Origin: Patescibacteria group bacterium
GTDB lineage: Bacteria; Patescibacteriota; Minisyncoccia; Phycocordibacterales; UBA9973
Reading direction: 5' to 3'
NCBI GenBank assembly: GCA_028868715.1
Contig: JAGWUB010000001.1
Span: 53,480 to 117,479, forward strand
Length of the DNA stretch: 64,000 nt
Positions within the stretch are counted from its first letter, which is position 1, and the number at the start of each line of letters is the position of its first letter. Under the pieces are notes generated by a model. It worked only from the letters and a program-made list of their open reading frames with translations. It was not told the origin of the DNA and searched no databases. This document shows, piece by piece, positions 27,034-35,882 of the stretch. Made by a program: the position numbers and the translations under genes.

Positions 27034-29202
27034 TTATTTTTTACCAAAAAAATCTTTGTCCGCTTCACGAATAGACAAACTCGTCTTACCATTTTCTCGA
27101 TCTACTTTGATGATCTTGACTGGCACAATCATTCCTTCTTTTATTATATCTGAAACTCTCTCTACGCGAAATGGCGCTAGCTCAGAGATATGCACCATGC
27201 CATCAGTATAAGCATTTAGTCTGATAAAAGCTCCAAAGTCCGCCACTTTGACGACTTCCCCTTTGAGCACTTCCCCGACTTGAAATTCATGCGTCATCAT
27301 TTCTACTATTTCCTTGGCCTTCTCTGCTGACTCACCTTTACCGGTAAAGTAAACTGTGCCATCGTCTTCAATAGTTATTTCTGCGCCAGTTTTTTCTTTA
27401 ATTTCTTTAATAGTCTTACCGCCACCACCGATAACCATGCCGATCTTGTCTGGTCTAATTTTTATAATCAGTATCTTTGGCGCATTTGGAGAAATATCTT
27501 TGCGTGGAGCTGGTATTTCTTTTTCAATCCTGTCGATGATAGCTATCCGAGCAGCCTTGGCCGCAACCATGGCCTCGCCAAGTATTTTTATTGGCACTCC
27601 TTCTACTTTTACATCGAGCTGGATAGCCGTCACTCCATTTCTAGTACCAGCAATTTTGAAATCCATGTCACCATGATGGTCTTCTGGGCCTTGAATATCA
27701 GTCAAAACTTTATATTTATCATCCGACTCATGCATCAAGCCCATAGCAATCCCAGCTACTGGTGCTTTGATCGGCACTCCGCCGTCCATCAGGGCTATGA
27801 TTGCGGCGCAAATTGAAGCTTGGGAAGTAGAGCCATTGGAAGCCATTGATTCCGAAACGATTCGGATGGTATAAGGAAAATCTGTTACGCTCGGCAACAC
27901 CATGGCGAGTGCTTTTTCCGCCAAAGCTCCGTGGCCGACTTCGCGACGATTGGTAAATCCCGCACGACCAACTTCTCCAGCTGAATAAGGTGGAAAATTG
28001 TAGTGGTGCATGAATCTTTTCTCGACTCGGAGTTGCATACCATCAACCAGGTTTCTATCTTCTGGGCCACCGAGAGTCAAAACTGATAAAACGTGTGTGC
28101 CTCCGCGATAAAAAATTCCAGAACCGTGCAAAATAGAGGAAATCCCGCCAGCTTGCGCATATAAGTCTCGAAGTTCATCCATTTTTCTGCCATCGGCTCG
28201 CTTGCCTTCATTGATTGCCTTAGCATGCAAGATACTATTCTCGGTATCATCAAATAGACTGTCTTCTAAAGCAAAATCATCTCTATCAGGATAGTGATCT
28301 TTGACCATTTTGTTCCAGACATTATGTAATTCATCTATTTCTTTCTTGCCTGGGCCGGCAAAAATAGCTTCATCCATCTTTGGTAGAATATTTTCGTTAA
28401 ATAATTTAACTGACTCGGCTGAAATTGTTTCCTTGGCAATAATTCTTTTTTCTTTGCCTATCTCGGCAACTATCATTTTCTGAAAATTTTCCAATTTAGT
28501 TATCTCTGCACTTGCCAACTTCAAAGCTTCTTCTAATTCTGGCTCGGGAGTCTGATGTGCCGAAGCTTCAATCATGTTTATGTTTCCGTTTTTACCGCAT
28601 ACTGTCAGATCAAATTTATATTGAGAATCATCTTCACGTAACTTTTGTGAAGGATTGATTTTTATAGTTTCGTCATCGTATTTACCAATACGCACACAGC
28701 CGATAGGACCATTCCATGGGATATTGGAAACAGCCAGAGCGAGAGAAGCCGCATTTACCGCCAAAATAGTAGGGTCATTGTCATCAACCGATATGACGGT
28801 GACGATCACTTGCACCGCATGACGAATAGAATGATCAAAAAGTGGACGGAGTGTCCTGTCAATCACCCTACTGCCGAGTACTGCATCCTCGGATGGCTTC
28901 CCTTCTCGGCGAACAAACCTAGACCCTAGAATCTTACCAGCCGCATAAAACTTTTCCACATAGTCAACTGTCAGGTTGAACCAACCCAAGCCTTTTTGGC
29001 TGTCTTTAGACATACAAGCAGTGGCTAGCACCACTGTTTCTCCATATCGGAGCATTACTGACCCATGAGCTTGTTCTGCTAAATCCGTAAAGATAGCAGT
29101 AAGGGTCCTTCCACCAACCTCAACCGAGTATTCTTTTTTTTGCATATTGTCTTTTGGGCTCCTCTTTAGAATAAAGTACTGTTCCACTATGCTGGGCAAC
29201 AT
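27034..29202 (-). CDS. pnp: Polyribonucleotide nucleotidyltransferase (PNPase).
   Basis: Two RNase PH domains, then a KH domain (GGGGKTIKEIKEKTGAEI) and an S1 domain at the C-terminus. Length is 722 aa. Confidence 0.95.
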   Translation of the reverse strand: MLPSIVEQYFILKRSPKDNMQKKEYSVEVGGRTLTAIFTDLAEQAHGSVMLRYGETVVLATACMSKDSQKGLGWFNLTVDYVEKFYAAGKILGSRFVRREGKPSEDAVLGSRVIDRTLRPLFDHSIRHAVQVIVTVISVDDNDPTILAVNAASLALAVSNIPWNGPIGCVRIGKYDDETIKINPSQKLREDDSQYKFDLTVCGKNGNINMIEASAHQTPEPELEEALKLASAEITKLENFQKMIVAEIGKEKRIIAKETISAESVKLFNENILPKMDEAIFAGPGKKEIDELHNVWNKMVKDHYPDRDDFALEDSLFDDTENSILHAKAINEGKRADGRKMDELRDLYAQAGGISSILHGSGIFYRGGTHVLSVLTLGGPEDRNLVDGMQLRVEKRFMHHYNFPPYSAGEVGRAGFTNRREVGHGALAEKALAMVLPSVTDFPYTIRIVSESMASNGSTSQASICAAIIALMDGGVPIKAPVAGIAMGLMHESDDKYKVLTDIQGPEDHHGDMDFKIAGTRNGVTAIQLDVKVEGVPIKILGEAMVAAKAARIAIIDRIEKEIPAPRKDISPNAPKILIIKIRPDKIGMVIGGGGKTIKEIKEKTGAEITIEDDGTVYFTGKGESAEKAKEIVEMMTHEFQVGEVLKGEVVKVADFGAFIRLNAYTDGMVHISELAPFRVERVSDIIKEGMIVPVKIIKVDRENGKTSLSIREADKDFFGKK

Positions 29203-29597
29203 TATCTCTATCTAAAGACGAACCTGAATTAAATGATAAAATAACACAAACTTATAAATATCCTAGCATTTTACATAGAAAATGCCAACTTTTTTGCATT
29301 AAAATAGCATTAACTAGTTATCCACAGTGCGTTTGACTTGCGACTTCTATTGGTCTACCCTATAAATGTAGCCCCGAAGAGAAGTCTGGCACTAGATGAC
29401 TGAACCAGAGAGATGACAGTAACCATCGTGAGAACCTTTGTTTGCAGTACTAATAGGTCGTCCTGTAATTCTACCCTTATTTCATAGGGTCAGAAAAGGC
29501 AATCTCGTGATATTTAGCTTGTTTTATAAAACATCAATTTAAAAAATTCGGCTATATCTTAGCTTCTTACTCGTTACTTGGGGTATTTTTTATCCTT

Positions 29598-30632
29598 TTG
29601 GCTATACCTAGAGAGGTTGGAGCTAGCTTTTTGAGTTCTATTTTAAACAATCAAGCTTATGCCGACGTAAATACTTCTGGTTCCAATAACAATTCTCAGA
29701 CTATGGACCTATTGCAAGCAAATGTGTCTTCGGCTCAGGTATTTCAAGACAATAAAGACCCTAAGGTTGACCCGAGTGCAGTGAATATCGTTGCTGACAA
29801 CTCTTTACTACCAGCAACTAGCTCTATGGGCACCTCGGCTGGAAGTGATGCTTCTGATTCTACCACCCCAGACCAAACTAGTGTTTATGTCATCCGTAAA
29901 GGTGATTCTATCGCTAAAATAGCCGATATGTTTGGTGTTTCCACCAATACCATTCTCTGGGCAAACGATATGAAGAAGGGCGATCCACTAGTCCCTGGAA
30001 ATGTGCTCTTGATTTTACCAGTTTCTGGGCTAGAACATACTGTCACTAAGGGGCAAACCTTAAAAGGTATCGCGGCTCTTTATAAAGCAGATATAAATGA
30101 AATTATTCAATCCAACGATATAACTCTAGATACTCAACTCAACGTCGGTGACAAACTTATCATCCCAAATGCTGAAAAAGCTGAAGAAACTGACAAACCA
30201 ATAAAGAACTTAAAAGACAGCACAGCTAAAGATAAAAAATATTACGATTTACATCCTGCTAAAAATCTTTCTGGATATTACATAGACCCTGTTCCAGGAT
30301 GTAGACTAACTCAAGGACTTCATGATGGAAATGCCGTAGATCTTGGTTGTCCAACGGGTACACCTATATATGCTGCGGCTGCGGGTACAGTTATCTTTGC
30401 AAAATTAGGAAATAATGGAGGTTATGGAAATTTGGTAATTATCTCGCATCCAAATGGAACGGAAACTTTGTACGCCCACCAATCCGCAATACTTACTCAC
30501 CCTGGTGAACAAGTTTCCCAAGGAGAAGCCATAGGTGCAGTCGGGTCCACTGGACGCTCTACTGGTCCCCACTTGCACTTTGAAGTCAAAGGCGCTCGCA
30601 ATCCCGGTGCCGATGGAAGTTGGGCACACTAG
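29598..30632 (+). CDS. LysM-domain peptidoglycan-binding M23 metallopeptidase.
   Basis: Two LysM repeats (YVIRKGDSIAKIADMFGVS; HTVTKGQTLKGIAALYKA) and a C-terminal M23 domain (HPNGTETLYAHQS...GSTGRSTGPHLHFEV). An in-frame upstream hydrophobic segment has no ATG, so the true start is uncertain. Confidence 0.75.
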   Translation: MAIPREVGASFLSSILNNQAYADVNTSGSNNNSQTMDLLQANVSSAQVFQDNKDPKVDPSAVNIVADNSLLPATSSMGTSAGSDASDSTTPDQTSVYVIRKGDSIAKIADMFGVSTNTILWANDMKKGDPLVPGNVLLILPVSGLEHTVTKGQTLKGIAALYKADINEIIQSNDITLDTQLNVGDKLIIPNAEKAEETDKPIKNLKDSTAKDKKYYDLHPAKNLSGYYIDPVPGCRLTQGLHDGNAVDLGCPTGTPIYAAAAGTVIFAKLGNNGGYGNLVIISHPNGTETLYAHQSAILTHPGEQVSQGEAIGAVGSTGRSTGPHLHFEVKGARNPGADGSWAH

Positions 30633-30644
30633 ATAAAAATAAAA

Positions 30645-30685
30645 ACTAAAAAACACCCTGAGCTTGTAGAAGGGTGTTTTTTTAT
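30645..30685. terminator. Bidirectional intrinsic terminator between the M23 peptidase (+) and ZIP transporter (-) genes.
   Basis: aaaaaacaccct...agggtgttttttt. Confidence 0.55.
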
Positions 30686-30692
30686 TACTTTT

Positions 30693-31415
30693 CTAAATCC
30701 CAGCTAAGTGAATTGCTACATATAAAATTGCTACGCCGAGAACTGTAGCTAGGGTCGTCCAAGCAGTCGGATGATTGTGGTGACTCTCTGGCAATAAGTC
30801 AGATGCTCCTATGTACAAGAAAAAGCCGGTAAAGATTGCGAGAATAATTCCTAGAGTTGATACCGGCACGGTAAAAAATAAAGTGGAAAGGACGCCCAAG
30901 ACTGGAGCAGCCGCATCAATCACTAGCCATTTAAAGGCTTGATTTCGGGTTCCAGAGTTTTTTAAAATCATATTGACGGTATTGATCCCATCAGAAAAAT
31001 CGTGTACCAATACGGCTATGGCTACCACCACTCCCACCGCTGGAGATACTTGAAAAGCCAGGCCAATCGCGACTCCATCTAAAAAGCTGTGCACTGACAA
31101 ACTTCCAGCTCCCAATATTCCCCTCTTATTTACTTTGTCTTCTTCTCCACCCTCCTCATGTGAATGAAAAAAAACAAATCGATCTAAAATCGTGTAAGCC
31201 ATAAATCCCAAAGCGACAATTGAAGTTATAAAATAAATGTCGTAATTTTTACTACCTAAATTTATGGCTTCTGGTAACAAATCAAAAAAGGCTACACCCA
31301 GAATGGCTCCGGCTGAAAAACCTAAAATCAAATGTAACTTGTCTTTAAAACGCAAAGCGAATATTCCACCGAAAAGGGTGGAGGCCAACGCAGCGATACT
31401 TATCCATATGATCAT
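30693..31415 (-). CDS. ZIP-family divalent metal transporter (ZupT-like).
   Basis: Eight TM helices, HSFLDGVAIG and HDFSDG metal-binding motifs, and a His-rich loop HSHEEGGEED. Confidence 0.8.
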   Translation of the reverse strand: MIIWISIAALASTLFGGIFALRFKDKLHLILGFSAGAILGVAFFDLLPEAINLGSKNYDIYFITSIVALGFMAYTILDRFVFFHSHEEGGEEDKVNKRGILGAGSLSVHSFLDGVAIGLAFQVSPAVGVVVAIAVLVHDFSDGINTVNMILKNSGTRNQAFKWLVIDAAAPVLGVLSTLFFTVPVSTLGIILAIFTGFFLYIGASDLLPESHHNHPTAWTTLATVLGVAILYVAIHLAGI

Positions 31416-31503
31416 ATTTTCATGATAACATAATTATAAATTTTTGTTATAAGCTAGAATATTAAAATTTTTTGTGATATATTAGATTAGCTTTTAGCTA
31501 AAA

Positions 31504-31577
31504 CGGGCTGTAGTATACCGGTAGTACAAGCGCTTTGGGAGCGTTTAGACTGGGTTCGATTCCCAGCAGCCCGACCA
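31504..31577 (+). tRNA. tRNA-Pro (anticodon UGG), CCA encoded.
   Basis: Manual cloverleaf: acceptor CGGGCTG/CAGCCCG, D-stem GTAT/GTAC, anticodon stem AGCGC/GCGTT with loop TTTGGGA, T-arm CTGGG-TTCGATT-CCCAG, discriminator A, then CCA. Confidence 0.75.
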
Positions 31578-31598
31578 GTTGTTTAAAATGATCATATT

Positions 31599-31669
31599 GC
31601 GGGGTTAGTTTATCGGTAAAATAACAGTTTTCCAAACTGTGGTGAAGGGTTCGACTCCCTTACCCCGCA
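31599..31669 (+). tRNA. tRNA-Gly (anticodon UCC).
   Basis: Acceptor GCGGGGT/ACCCCGC, D-stem GTTT/AAAT, anticodon stem ACAGT/ACTGT with loop TTTCCAA, T-arm AAGGG-TTCGACT-CCCTT. CCA is not fully encoded. Confidence 0.75.
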
Positions 31670-31775
31670 CCGAAGTAAGGGATAAGCAAACAAATTTATT
31701 TGTTTGCGGAGGGAGGAGAAAGGCTTTTCTGTGTTGAGCGAAGTGAAACAGAAAAGCACCTGGCTATGTAATAGC

Positions 31776-31794
31776 CGACTCCCTTACCCCGCAC
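31776..31794 (+). repeat. 19-bp perfect direct repeat of the tRNA-Gly 3' end (cgactcccttaccccgcac; first copy 31652-31670).
   Basis: The exact duplication lies 124 bp downstream of the tRNA. Two strong hairpins sit between the copies (gcaaacaaat-tta-atttgtttgc and gcttttctgt...acagaaaagc). Confidence 0.6.
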
Positions 31795-31802
31795 TAGATT
31801 AG

Positions 31803-32216
31803 TCACAAAATAACATCACTGACTACTTTTACCTTAGCTTTTTTGGTTTTTAAGTCTAAATATACAACCAAAAGATCCACCTGCCACTCTATGTCATCAT
31901 CTATTTTTTTGTCTAAAAGATAAGTTTGGATTGTCCGTGATAAACGTTTCATTTTCCATGGGTGCATATTATCTTCTGGATTATATCCATCTTCCCCTTC
32001 TGATTTTACCAAGGTTTCACTCGGCAAATGAGAAACTGATTTCACTTCCACAAAATAAAGTTTGTTGTCTTTCTTTGCAACAATATCAATTTCACCCCAT
32101 TTTTTAGTGTAATTTCTATCCAATACTGAAAAGCCGTGTTTCACGAGAAACTTTTCAGCTATATTTTCACCAATTTCTCCTGTTTTTTGTTTTTCAGAAG
32201 TAAAAACTTTTGGCAT
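31803..32216 (-). CDS. YraN/UPF0102-family predicted endonuclease.
   Basis: EIGENIAEKFLVKHGFSVLDRNYTKKWGEIDIVAKKDNKLYFVEVKSV matches the YraN consensus (GE.AA..YL...G..IL.RN.R...GEIDLIA...L.FVEVK.R). Confidence 0.65.
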   Translation of the reverse strand: MPKVFTSEKQKTGEIGENIAEKFLVKHGFSVLDRNYTKKWGEIDIVAKKDNKLYFVEVKSVSHLPSETLVKSEGEDGYNPEDNMHPWKMKRLSRTIQTYLLDKKIDDDIEWQVDLLVVYLDLKTKKAKVKVVSDVIL

Positions 32217-32454
32217 TTTGGTTGTGTTTCATAAGAAACATGTTTCACATGAAACCTTTTATCGAAATTTTGTCTTTTAGTAAAATATCCTTATATAACA
32301 ACATATTTTCAATATAATGACACTAAAAAGACAGATTATAAATATGTCCTTTATACACATACTAACAGTTTTATCCACAGTTTTGTGTAAAACCCTTATA
32401 GCTAAAGCTTTTGCAAAAGGACAATAATTTTAAATAACTTATAGGCTATTTTTG

Positions 32455-32526
32455 TGCACCCGGAGGGATTCGAACCCCCAACGACGGTTCCGAAGACCGG
32501 CGTGATATCCATTTCACTACGGGTGC
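32455..32526 (-). tRNA. tRNA-Arg (anticodon UCG), tentative.
   Basis: The minus strand gives GCACCCG-TA-GTGA-AATGGATA-TCAC-G-CCGGT-CTTCGGA-ACCGT-CGTT-GGGGG-TTCGAAT-CCCTC-CGGGTGC-A. The acceptor and T-arm are good. The anticodon stem has one terminal mismatch. Confidence 0.6.
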
Positions 32527-32648
32527 AGCGAATATAAATTATACCTTATTTTAATCTAATATCAAAATATCTTTATTTTACAAGCTTAAAACGTAAAATT
32601 GCAAAGTGCTGTATATAGTATATAATTATTAAATTAAAACTAATCAGC

Positions 32649-32719
32649 GCGGTGTTGGTTTAGTGGTAGAACACGTCCTTGCCAAGGATGAGACAGGAGT
32701 TCGATTCTCCTACGCCGCA
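32649..32719 (+). tRNA. tRNA-Gly (anticodon GCC).
   Basis: Acceptor GCGGTGT/ACGCCGC, D-stem GTTT/GAAC, anticodon stem CGTCC/GGATG with loop TTGCCAA, T-arm AGGAG-TTCGATT-CTCCT. This closely matches a canonical bacterial tRNA-Gly(GCC) from memory. Confidence 0.75.
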
Positions 32720-32730
32720 CAAGTTCCAAA

Positions 32731-34281
32731 GTGGAAACAAATCTTAAAAATTTAATATCAAAGATACCTAAAGAAGTTTCACATGTAACCAATGTCTTAG
32801 AAAAGGCTGGTTTTGAGGCATATTTAGTTGGTGGATGCGTCCGAGATCTTATTATGAACAAGAAACCCAAGGATTGGGATATTACTACAAATGCCACCCC
32901 AGAAGATATTGTGGGACTCTTTGAGAAAACAGTTTATGAAAATACTTTTGGAACGGTGGCAGTTTGTATTCCTACTAAGGAGGGTGTTATTCATGAAACA
33001 ATTGATAAGGATGTTTCTCGTGAAACTCCAGAATATATGATTATAGAGGTTACTCCTTTCAGACTTGAGGCAAAATATACTGATTTTAGGCACCCAGATG
33101 AGGTAAAATTCAGTAATAAGCTGGAAGATGATCTTAAGAGACGTGATTTCACCATTAATGCCTTGTCCTATAGAGTAACAGGTAAAGGACATAATCTAAC
33201 GGACATATTTGATGGCCTAAAGGACATAGAAAATAAGGTGTTACGGACAGTAGGGAAGCCAGATGAACGTTTTGGTGAAGACGCACTTCGTATGCTTCGA
33301 GCGGTACGTTTTGCAGTACAATTAAATTTTTCTATTTCGGAAGAGACGGTGAAAAGTATTTTAAAAAATTCTAATTTAATAAAAAAAATATCAGCAGAAA
33401 GAATTCATGATGAATTTGTAAAAATAATAAATTCACAAAATCCAAGTGCCGGAATTGTGATGTTGCAAAAATTTGGATTGTTAAAAAATATTATTCCAGA
33501 GCTAGAAGAGGGTATCGGTTGTATGCAGTCCGGCGAGCATGTTCATGATGTTTGGCAGCATTCGCTATATGCCCTGCAACATGCGGCAGACAAGAATTGG
33601 CCTTTAGAAATAAGGCTCGCAGCGCTTTTTCATGACATTGGCAAGCCCAAAAGTCGCCGAGAAGAAGGCCGACCAGGCAAGAAGCAATATACCTTTTATG
33701 GCCACGAAGTCATCAGTGCCCGAATGGCAAAAAAAATAATGGAGCGACTAAAATTTCCAAAAAAAGAAATCGAATTGGTTTCCAAACTTGTTCGCAATCA
33801 TATGTTTTTTTCTGACACAGAATTAATTACTCTTTCAGCTGTCCGAAGAATAATTGTCAAAATTGGTAAAGAAAATATTTGGGATTTGATGCATGTGCGC
33901 GAGTGCGACCGAGTGGGTACTAGTAAAAAAGAGACGTCCTATAGACTCCGTAAGTATCATGCGATGATTGAGGAAGCCCTCCGAGACCCAATATCTGTCA
34001 GTCAATTGAAAATTAACGGTGAATTTATGATACAAGAGCTTGGAATTAAGCCTGGCCCTAGAATGGGGTGGATTTTGAGCGCACTTCTGGAAGAAGTCTT
34101 GGATGATCCATCAAAAAACACCGTAGAACACCTTTCGGAGCTCACTAAATCCTTAAATATGCTCGGGAATCCAGAGCTTAAAACCCTAGGAGAGCGAGGA
34201 AAGGAGAAAAAAGAAGAACTAGAAGAACGTGAAGTAGCCAAACTCCACCAAAAACATGGGGTACGGAAACAAAATAATTAG
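32731..34281 (+). CDS. cca: CCA-adding tRNA nucleotidyltransferase with a C-terminal HD domain.
   Basis: Pol-beta NTase head GGCVRDLIMNKKPKDWDITT, the poly(A) polymerase head/neck region, and an HD domain (LFHDIGKP...HE). This fits the tRNAs that lack an encoded CCA. Confidence 0.8.
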   Translation: METNLKNLISKIPKEVSHVTNVLEKAGFEAYLVGGCVRDLIMNKKPKDWDITTNATPEDIVGLFEKTVYENTFGTVAVCIPTKEGVIHETIDKDVSRETPEYMIIEVTPFRLEAKYTDFRHPDEVKFSNKLEDDLKRRDFTINALSYRVTGKGHNLTDIFDGLKDIENKVLRTVGKPDERFGEDALRMLRAVRFAVQLNFSISEETVKSILKNSNLIKKISAERIHDEFVKIINSQNPSAGIVMLQKFGLLKNIIPELEEGIGCMQSGEHVHDVWQHSLYALQHAADKNWPLEIRLAALFHDIGKPKSRREEGRPGKKQYTFYGHEVISARMAKKIMERLKFPKKEIELVSKLVRNHMFFSDTELITLSAVRRIIVKIGKENIWDLMHVRECDRVGTSKKETSYRLRKYHAMIEEALRDPISVSQLKINGEFMIQELGIKPGPRMGWILSALLEEVLDDPSKNTVEHLSELTKSLNMLGNPELKTLGERGKEKKEELEEREVAKLHQKHGVRKQNN

Positions 34282-34940
34282 TCAGCGAAGTGGCCTTTGG
34301 GGTCAGCGCCGAAGAAGAGTTTATGGAGTGTTTTCAAAACACTTTCAAAAAGGATAGTACTATAAGAAGAAAAATTGAAAATAACCGCTAAGGTAAAGAG
34401 GGAAAGCGAGAGCTTTATGCTTAAAAAAGACAATGGAATAGCAATCAGCGCGAAAAACACTGGAACAAGGGTCCGGATGGTACTGCCACGGATTTCTCTT
34501 TTGCTTATCTCTGGGTTTTTTATATGATCAGAATACAATACATATCTTCGCATCCAGTATAGGGTCAAGCCGATGAGAATAATATGTGTGCCGAAAATTA
34601 TCACCGAAAGTTCATTTTTGCCGAATTGACCGAGGATACTAGCTGAAAAGGGCACTAAACTTATCAACATAAAAAATAGAGCGTTGATATTAGTGAGCAT
34701 GGAGTCTATGGTTTTGGCATATACAGAAACAAAAAAGTGGTGGGCTCTCCAGTAAGTAAAAAGTAAGGCAAAACTTAAAATATAACTTAGAAATAGGGGA
34801 AGCAATTGTTTAACCTGAATCCAAAGACCCATATTATCTATCGGGCCCCAGATAGCTGGCACTTTAATCTCAAAAACCAAAATCGTCATCACGATGGCAA
34901 AGATGCCATCGGAAAGCTGGTCTAGTCTTGAATGATTCAT
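34278..34940 (-). CDS. DUF1211 / TMEM175-like putative K+ channel membrane protein. The start is set at the internal Met MNHSRLDQLSDGIF.
   Basis: RLDQLSDGIFAIVMTILVFEIKVP matches the DUF1211 signature (R.E.FSDGVFAIA.TLLVLEI.VP). About 6 TM helices. Confidence 0.55.
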   Translation of the reverse strand: MNHSRLDQLSDGIFAIVMTILVFEIKVPAIWGPIDNMGLWIQVKQLLPLFLSYILSFALLFTYWRAHHFFVSVYAKTIDSMLTNINALFFMLISLVPFSASILGQFGKNELSVIIFGTHIILIGLTLYWMRRYVLYSDHIKNPEISKREIRGSTIRTLVPVFFALIAIPLSFLSIKLSLSLFTLAVIFNFSSYSTILFESVLKTLHKLFFGADPKGHFAD

Positions 34941-35090
34941 AAGTAAATAATAGCAAGAATTCTTAGAACTATCAATTTTTGATAGACACGACATATTTTT
35001 CTGTTGAAAAATTGCTCTGCTCGCCCCGTCGGTCTGCGCAAGGTCTCTCAAAAATTATAGTTCAAGAATTCATTGTGATAGAATAATGGG

Positions 35091-35882
35091 ATGAAAATTG
35101 GAATTTTTGATTCAGGACTAGGTGGACTGGTAATCGCTAAAGCCATCCACAAAATGTTGCCGGCTTACGACTATGTGTATTTGGGGGACACAAAAAGAAT
35201 GCCTTATGGCAACCGCAGTGAGGAAGCAGTATTGGAATTTACAAAAGAAGGAGTGGATTATCTTTTTCGTAAAGAAAATTGCGCCATAGTTGTTATCGCT
35301 TGCAATACTGCTTCGGCAAAAGCACTACGAAAACTACAGAGAGAGTATTTGCTAAAAAATTTTCCCGACCGGAAAGTGCTTGGAGTTTTAATTCCCGCCG
35401 CCGAAGAATGTGTAAAATTTAAAAACGTCGGCATCTTGGCGACGAGAGGCACCGTGAGTTCAAATACGTTTCCCAAGGAAATAAAAAAGTTAAATAAAGA
35501 AATAAAAGTTTTTCAAAATTCTGCACCGATGCTAGCATCGCTCGCTGAAGAGGGGAGAAATAATTTGGCTGTGCCATTTATCGAAAAATATTTAAAACCG
35601 TTGCTAAACAAAAAATTAGATGCGCTGGTTCTCGGCTGTACTCACTACGTTATATTTAAAAAAGAGATACGGAAAATTGTCGGTAAAAAAATTAAAATTG
35701 TTTCCCAAGATGAAATAATTCCAAGAAAATTGAAAAAATATCTAGAACGACATCGAGAGGTTACCAGAAAAATTTCTTGTACCCGAGACGTAAAGATTTT
35801 AGTTACCGACAAAACTGACATGGTAAAGAAATTGACCGAGGAGTGGTTTGGAAAAACAAAACCCAAACTTGTGACTATTTAG
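35091..35882 (+). CDS. murI: Glutamate racemase.
   Basis: IGIFDSGLGGL...YLGDTKRMPYGNRS...VIACNTASA...GCTHY. Confidence 0.85.
   Translation: MKIGIFDSGLGGLVIAKAIHKMLPAYDYVYLGDTKRMPYGNRSEEAVLEFTKEGVDYLFRKENCAIVVIACNTASAKALRKLQREYLLKNFPDRKVLGVLIPAAEECVKFKNVGILATRGTVSSNTFPKEIKKLNKEIKVFQNSAPMLASLAEEGRNNLAVPFIEKYLKPLLNKKLDALVLGCTHYVIFKKEIRKIVGKKIKIVSQDEIIPRKLKKYLERHREVTRKISCTRDVKILVTDKTDMVKKLTEEWFGKTKPKLVTI

Noticed and set aside
29203-29600. tmRNA, RNase P RNA, 6S RNA or SRP RNA in the long pnp-M23 gap
   Set aside because: I found no tRNA-like 3' end with CCA, no GGAAAGUCCGG-type RNase P P4 sequence and no SRP domain-IV GGAAGCAGCC motif on either strand. Only a weak, speculative resemblance to a c-di-AMP riboswitch remains, reported as a low-confidence finding.
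31670-31794. A second tRNA, or an intron-containing tRNA, downstream of tRNA-Gly(UCC)
   Set aside because: The duplicated 19-mer lacks a pairing 5' acceptor strand and the 5' half of the T-stem. No cloverleaf can be drawn, so it is treated as a direct repeat (att-like scar).
32640-32897. 85-aa minus-strand ORF
   Set aside because: It overlaps tRNA-Gly(GCC) and the 5' end of the CCA-adding enzyme gene.
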